Source: Candidatus Micrarchaeota archaeon
GTDB taxonomy: Archaea; Micrarchaeota; Micrarchaeia; Anstonellales; Bilamarchaeaceae
Assembly: GCA_029557835.1 (NCBI GenBank)
Contig: JAKQHW010000067.1
Coordinates: forward strand, 1 to 41,180
Direction: 5' to 3'
Length of the DNA: 41,180 nt
The translations under genes were made by a program, and so were the position numbers. Shown here piece after piece: positions 36,740 through 41,180 of the stretch. How positions within the stretch are numbered: position 1 is the first letter of the stretch; each line of letters starts with the position of its first letter. The notes under the pieces are model-generated. The model saw only the letters and a program-made list of their open reading frames with translations. It made no database searches and was not told the DNA's origin.

Positions 36740-37354
36740 TCACATGATGTACAGGCCCATTATCGCGCCTGCGATTGCGCATATTATGTTTGTGGTCCCC
36801 TTTGTGCCGAGGCCGCGCTCCTCCAGGACCCCGAAAAGCGTGTCTATGGCGCCACCGGCAAAGCCTGCGAGGGCCACCAAAAGGGCGGCGGTGGGGGTGA
36901 GGCCGAAGAGGAATACGCTGGAAATCCCTATGAGGGCGCCTCCGCACAGGGACATTATGAAACCAAGGATGCTTACTGCACCTGAGGTGCCAGGCTTCAC
37001 CCTCCTGAATCCGTCTAGGGAGATTGGCTCGCCTGAGAGGACGCCCAGTTCGGAAGCGAACTTGTCCGCGGTGACTGCGGAGATGGATGCTATGTAGGGC
37101 ATCGGGCCAACGAACGGGGAGAGGGCGGCGCAGGCTGCGGGGACCAGCCCGTTGGAAAGGACGTTTTCCCAGCTCCGGTCGTGCTCGTATATCCCCATCT
37201 CCTTCTTCTCGTAATAGCCGTATTTGGTGACGAAGACTGCAAGAATGAGGAAGAAGAGCATCAATGCGAGGTAGGGGGCGCCCCCGAAAATGAAGACTGC
37301 CGCCCCGAAAAGGATTGCAAGCGTAAGCCCGGGCTTGTCCAGCATCGCCACCAT
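36740..37354 (-). CDS. DUF92/TMEM19-family membrane protein
   Basis: RSWENVLSNG, ADKFASELG, VKPGTSGAVSILG, IDTLFG..TN motifs. Confidence 0.88.
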   Translation of the reverse strand: MVAMLDKPGLTLAILFGAAVFIFGGAPYLALMLFFLILAVFVTKYGYYEKKEMGIYEHDRSWENVLSNGLVPAACAALSPFVGPMPYIASISAVTADKFASELGVLSGEPISLDGFRRVKPGTSGAVSILGFIMSLCGGALIGISSVFLFGLTPTAALLVALAGFAGGAIDTLFGVLEERGLGTKGTTNIICAIAGAIMGLYIM

Positions 37355-37355
37355 T

Positions 37356-38318
37356 TCATTCTACCTTTATTGTTGCCCCATCCATGGAGAACCTGTTCGG
37401 GAGGAATTTCTCTATTAGATTTATAGAGGTTGCTGTATGGCTGGATATTCTCGAGGTTTTGTATGATGTTTTTCCGGCGAGGGCTGCGTAGATGAGGAGC
37501 TGGTCTGCCAAACGGTGGTCGACATCCACGTCGCCTTCCTGCCTTATTCCGTTGAAGCACTCTTCCCCTACTTTCTCGGAGGGCTTCCCTTTCTCCCCCA
37601 TCACCTGGAAACCCACGAAACCGCGGTATGCGAGGATGGAGTTGCCCTGGCCGGTGCATTTTTCCTCCCGTACGTATACGCGCATGTCATTATGGTAGAA
37701 GATTTTCTTCTCCCGGATGGCGATTTGCATGGGGAGGTTGGCTAGGGAGATTATTGCCCGGGTTTGGGGGAAGGGGACTCTGGCCCAGTAGCCGGTTGGT
37801 TTTGGCTTGGACGGCTTCACGCGGATGCGGATTTTGCCCCCTCCCCTGGGGTAATAGCCTGCTCGGAACATTTCGGCTTCTATTGGGCAGCCCAGGTGGG
37901 CGAGGGCGGGGAGGAAAACCCTCTCGAAATAGTCGTAGGAAGGGGCCCCGGGGTTGTGGGTTCCGCCGGTTATTTTTGCCTCGGAAGGCTTGGCGGCGGA
38001 CAATAGAAGGGGAAGTATGGTTTGGGCTACTAAAATGGAGGAGCCGGCAGTGCCTATGTTGAACTCATATTTTCCCCCTATTATGCCGGAGGGGGTGTAG
38101 GAAAGCTCGCGGGAGTCTTCCTCTGCGCCCTCCAAAGTGCCCCTGGCGATGGAGCGGACTGCCTTTGCGGCGGCGAGGTGCTGGGGGCGCAGGCCGGGCT
38201 TGTCCCTCTTTGCGCGTATGTTGAAGATGCGGACAGGGGTATTTGTGAGGGCGGAAAGGGTGAGGGCCGTTCTTGTAAGCTGTCCGCCGCCCTCCCCCCG
38301 GGAACCGTCTATCTCCAT
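37356..38318 (-). CDS. rtcA: RNA 3'-terminal phosphate cyclase
   Basis: IDGSRGEGGGQLTR, IRAKRDKPGLRPQH, GTAGS, ITGGTH, RAGYYPRGGG, LADQL, catalytic-His region SSHTATS. Confidence 0.95.
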   Translation of the reverse strand: MEIDGSRGEGGGQLTRTALTLSALTNTPVRIFNIRAKRDKPGLRPQHLAAAKAVRSIARGTLEGAEEDSRELSYTPSGIIGGKYEFNIGTAGSSILVAQTILPLLLSAAKPSEAKITGGTHNPGAPSYDYFERVFLPALAHLGCPIEAEMFRAGYYPRGGGKIRIRVKPSKPKPTGYWARVPFPQTRAIISLANLPMQIAIREKKIFYHNDMRVYVREEKCTGQGNSILAYRGFVGFQVMGEKGKPSEKVGEECFNGIRQEGDVDVDHRLADQLLIYAALAGKTSYKTSRISSHTATSINLIEKFLPNRFSMDGATIKVE

Positions 38319-38576
38319 CAAGCAAACACCCAATTACTCTGATTGGCAATGGATAAAACAGTTGGGATTTCCATATCACCAGCTCTGGAGGTTTGGAGAA
38401 TTAGGCCAGCGCCGAGCGGCGCTGGCTGGCAAGGCGACCAGTTTTCCTCCCCAAAATACGCAACTCACTATTGGTTTGTAACATCTATATAAAGGTTTCG
38501 GGAAGTGTGTGCAGAGGGAAAATAGCATGTAAGTAACGTCTTTTGGTTTAAAAAGATATCTCAACAAATGGAACGC

Positions 38577-38768
38577 ATGGCACGCAAGATCGAGATAAAC
38601 CACGACAAATGCATACAGTGTGTGGGCTGCGCATCGGTCTGCCCGGTCATGGCGATCGAGCTGGTTGGGCTCAGGATGAAGACTTACCCGGAAAAATGCA
38701 TAGGGTGCGGGGCGTGCGTTAGGGTATGCCCGGCCAACTGCATAAGGTTTGTGGAGAAGAGGGAGTGA
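38577..38768 (+). CDS. 2[4Fe-4S] ferredoxin
   Basis: CIQCVGCASVCP and CIGCGACVRVCP. Confidence 0.93.
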   Translation: MARKIEINHDKCIQCVGCASVCPVMAIELVGLRMKTYPEKCIGCGACVRVCPANCIRFVEKRE

Positions 38769-38772
38769 GCTT

Positions 38773-39990
38773 ATGGCGGACTACGATTATGATGTCATTA
38801 TCATCGGAGGGGGGCCTGCCGGGGCGACGATGGCGAGGATTGCGGCCCAGAACGGGCAGAGCGTAATGGTTTATGACAAGAGGAAGGAGCTGGGGGAGCC
38901 CGTAAGGTGCGGGGAGGGGCTGGGACAGCGGGAAGTGGTTGCCCAGGGGCTGGATTTGCCGAGGTGGTGCTTCTCAACGGAGATACACGGGGCGAAGGTT
39001 GTGGCCCCGAACGGGAAGAGCATAACATGGAAAAGCGGGGATACGAAGGGCTGGGTGCTGGAGAGGAAGATATTCGACAAGTGGCTGGTGGAGCTGGCCG
39101 TGGAGAAGGGTGCGAAGGTGAAGACTTACCACAGGGTCACGGACCTTGTGAAAAAAGATGGGAGAATAGACGGGGTGATGGTCTCCAGATGGGGCGGGGA
39201 GCCCTATGAGGTGAGGGCTCCGCTGGTGGTCTCTGCGGAAGGGATGGAGGCCATGGTCGCGAGGAAGGCCGGGCTGAAGGCGGCGGCCACCCTTTACGAT
39301 GTGGACACCTGCTACCAGTACGAGATGAAGCCGTACGACCATGAGAATCTCATAGAGCTCTATTTCGGGAACGATGTTGCGCCCAGGGGGTATGTCTGGA
39401 TATTCCCGAAGGATGCAAGGAAGGCGAATGTGGGCATAGGGATAGGGGCGCATTTGACGAACTGGAAGAAGGGGGGAGAGGTGGACGGCGCGGACCCCAA
39501 ACTCCTATTGGATAAGTTTGTGCAGGGGCATCCCCAATTGAAGGATTCGAGCGTATTGGAGGACTTTGGGGGGGTCATCTCGGTGGGGGCGCCGATAGAT
39601 TCGTTTGTGAAGGACGGGTTCATGTGCATAGGGACCGCGGCCAAGCAGGTGGATCCGATACATGGGGGCGGGATCGCCCTGGCGATGGAGGCCGGGATAA
39701 TGGCCGCGAACGTCGCAGAGAAGGCGAGGGGGAAGAAGGATTACTCGGAAAAAGTGCTCAAGGAATACGAGAACGTATGGAGGGCCGGGCCGGGGAAGAA
39801 GGTGGCGAAGAGGCTGCTGCTTAGGAAGGTGATGGAGGAGGTGAATGACGACGACCTCAACCACATCTTCAATACGATTACGGATGCGGACCTCCAGAAG
39901 GTGCTGGAAGGGAGCTTTGCCGGCCCGGTTGCGAAAGTGGTGGGCGGAAGGCCCCAATTGCTGAGGGTACTGAAGGCGCTGGTCAGCTGA
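38773..39990 (+). CDS. Digeranylgeranylglycerophospholipid reductase (GGR family)
   Basis: DVIIIGGGPAG, PVRCGEG, LERKIFDKWL, APRGYVWIFPK, NVGIG, VDPIHGGGI; adjacent ferredoxin. Confidence 0.92.
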   Translation: MADYDYDVIIIGGGPAGATMARIAAQNGQSVMVYDKRKELGEPVRCGEGLGQREVVAQGLDLPRWCFSTEIHGAKVVAPNGKSITWKSGDTKGWVLERKIFDKWLVELAVEKGAKVKTYHRVTDLVKKDGRIDGVMVSRWGGEPYEVRAPLVVSAEGMEAMVARKAGLKAAATLYDVDTCYQYEMKPYDHENLIELYFGNDVAPRGYVWIFPKDARKANVGIGIGAHLTNWKKGGEVDGADPKLLLDKFVQGHPQLKDSSVLEDFGGVISVGAPIDSFVKDGFMCIGTAAKQVDPIHGGGIALAMEAGIMAANVAEKARGKKDYSEKVLKEYENVWRAGPGKKVAKRLLLRKVMEEVNDDDLNHIFNTITDADLQKVLEGSFAGPVAKVVGGRPQLLRVLKALVS

Positions 39991-41173
39991 GGGGATGGAA
40001 AGAGAGCTCGCCGTTCTTTGCGTAGGGCATCGCGACCCCGTTTTTGCCCATTAGCTTGACCGCATACATCGCCATGTCGGCCAGGGATATCAGCAGTTCG
40101 CCCCAGTTGCGCGCATATTCCTGCAGCGGGCCATCAACGGATTGGGGCATTTTCCTCTGCCTGCGGATGCGCTTGAGGTCCGCGTCGCACTGCTCCCTGA
40201 GCTGCTTCATTTTGTCTATCCTCTCCCTCACCGCGTCCATCATCTTCTCCTTGAAATCGGAAGGGAACCGTTTCACTTCCCGGAGTTCCTGCCATATGGA
40301 GGAGCCGGCCACGCCTATGCTGGCGCGGGCCTCAACCGGGCCGCATTCGGTGCTGCAAAGCATTGGGTTGAAGAGGCTGTGGAGATAGGCGCCGTGCCTC
40401 TCCAGGTCGGATAGTGTTGCGACGCCCGGGCTGAGGAGCACGAACTCCTCCCCTCCGTACCTGGAAGCAAAGCCCCCTGCCTCGGAGCGGAGCCTGGAGC
40501 CGATTATGCCCATCATCTCGTCTGCGGTGGAATGGCCGTAGGTGTCGTTAAGCCTCTTGAAGTCGTCGAGGTCTATGAAACCGACCGCGAAGCGCCTTTT
40601 CCTTATTATGCTTGCTACCGCCATCTTGAGCAGTACCTCATTCAGGAAGCGCCTGTTCCATAGGTTTGTGAGCGGGTCTATCTTCCCGATTTCCTCGTCC
40701 CTCTGGGAATAGAGCTCCTTCTGGATGAGGCGGGACATTGCAACCAGGAAATTCATCTGGTCGTTTTCCCTGCTGCCGCTCGGGTCTATTGCGCCCTCCA
40801 TGGCGACCATGTGCGTGACCTCCATGCGGCCGCCGGACATGTTGCCGAGGGGTATCCAGCATCCGGGGGCGTCGTAAGGGTGGCCCGCCTGCACCTCGGT
40901 AGTGTTGAAATCGTCAGGGTCAGAGTTGAACATCGTTATTTTCCCCTGGTTGAAAACAATCACGTTCCCGCCAATCACGTTCCTTATCCTGGGGTCCATG
41001 CTGAAAAGGAAATCACGCTGGCCCTCCCCTATTGGCCTGCCGCCCTGCCTCTCCATGAGGCGGAAGCCGTCCTCTCCCTTGAGCTCCCAGAGCTCCACCT
41101 GGCCTATGTTCGGGTCTGTTGCGAGGATTGCCCTCATTATCTGCTTTCTGCGGAGGTGCCTGTGGCCCACCAT
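39983..41173 (-). CDS. GGDEF-domain diguanylate cyclase with unknown N-terminal domain
   Basis: DPLTNLWNRR, FIDLDDFKRLNDTYGH, SRYGGEEF, ASIGVA, ADMAMYAVKLMGKN; start uncertain (41173 or 41137). Confidence 0.9.
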   Translation of the reverse strand: MVGHRHLRRKQIMRAILATDPNIGQVELWELKGEDGFRLMERQGGRPIGEGQRDFLFSMDPRIRNVIGGNVIVFNQGKITMFNSDPDDFNTTEVQAGHPYDAPGCWIPLGNMSGGRMEVTHMVAMEGAIDPSGSRENDQMNFLVAMSRLIQKELYSQRDEEIGKIDPLTNLWNRRFLNEVLLKMAVASIIRKRRFAVGFIDLDDFKRLNDTYGHSTADEMMGIIGSRLRSEAGGFASRYGGEEFVLLSPGVATLSDLERHGAYLHSLFNPMLCSTECGPVEARASIGVAGSSIWQELREVKRFPSDFKEKMMDAVRERIDKMKQLREQCDADLKRIRRQRKMPQSVDGPLQEYARNWGELLISLADMAMYAVKLMGKNGVAMPYAKNGELSFHPLS

Positions 41174-41180
41174 GTGCAGG

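Noticed and set aside
38430-38452. Minus-strand GGGGAGGAAAACTGG resembling the RNase P RNA 5' P4 motif (GAGGAAAGUCC)
   Set aside because: The match is partial, no complementary 3' P4 strand was found and the region is too short.
1-41180. CRISPR array, transposase or diversity-generating retroelement
   Set aside because: No regularly spaced direct repeats and no Cas, transposase or reverse transcriptase motifs were seen.

Overview
Archaeal chromosomal window. Archaeal markers include pelota, archaeal-type GlyRS, split GMP synthase, geranylgeranyl reductase, BHB-intron tRNA and TATA promoters; the compact layout suggests a DPANN lineage such as Micrarchaeota (inference). The right half (20.5-41.2 kb) is mostly housekeeping: pelota, guaA-B, EndoQ, glyS, three tRNAs, mscL, class II HMG-CoA reductase, aglH-like transferase, rtcA, ferredoxin and GGR. 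It also holds two oddities: an initiator tRNA-Met with two introns (37/38 and non-canonical 43/44) and an apparently intact GGEEF diguanylate cyclase. The left half holds the main finding, a ~16 kb tightly coupled operon (4523-20545). It encodes six divergent paralogous polytopic membrane proteins whose shared motifs resemble the VirB6-like CedA/TedA subunits of archaeal DNA-transfer systems, a 1.4k-aa Cys-rich lipoprotein with a glycoside-hydrolase-like barrel, a 1.1k-aa membrane protein with a long Ala/Gly helical tail, and a PadR regulator. Nearby are a divergent surface protein sharing the operon's TATA box and a membrane-anchored tandem AAA+ ATPase. This looks like a candidate cell-cell contact/translocation machine. 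No CRISPR array, integrase or transposase was seen. All homology calls are from motif recognition by eye, not database searches.
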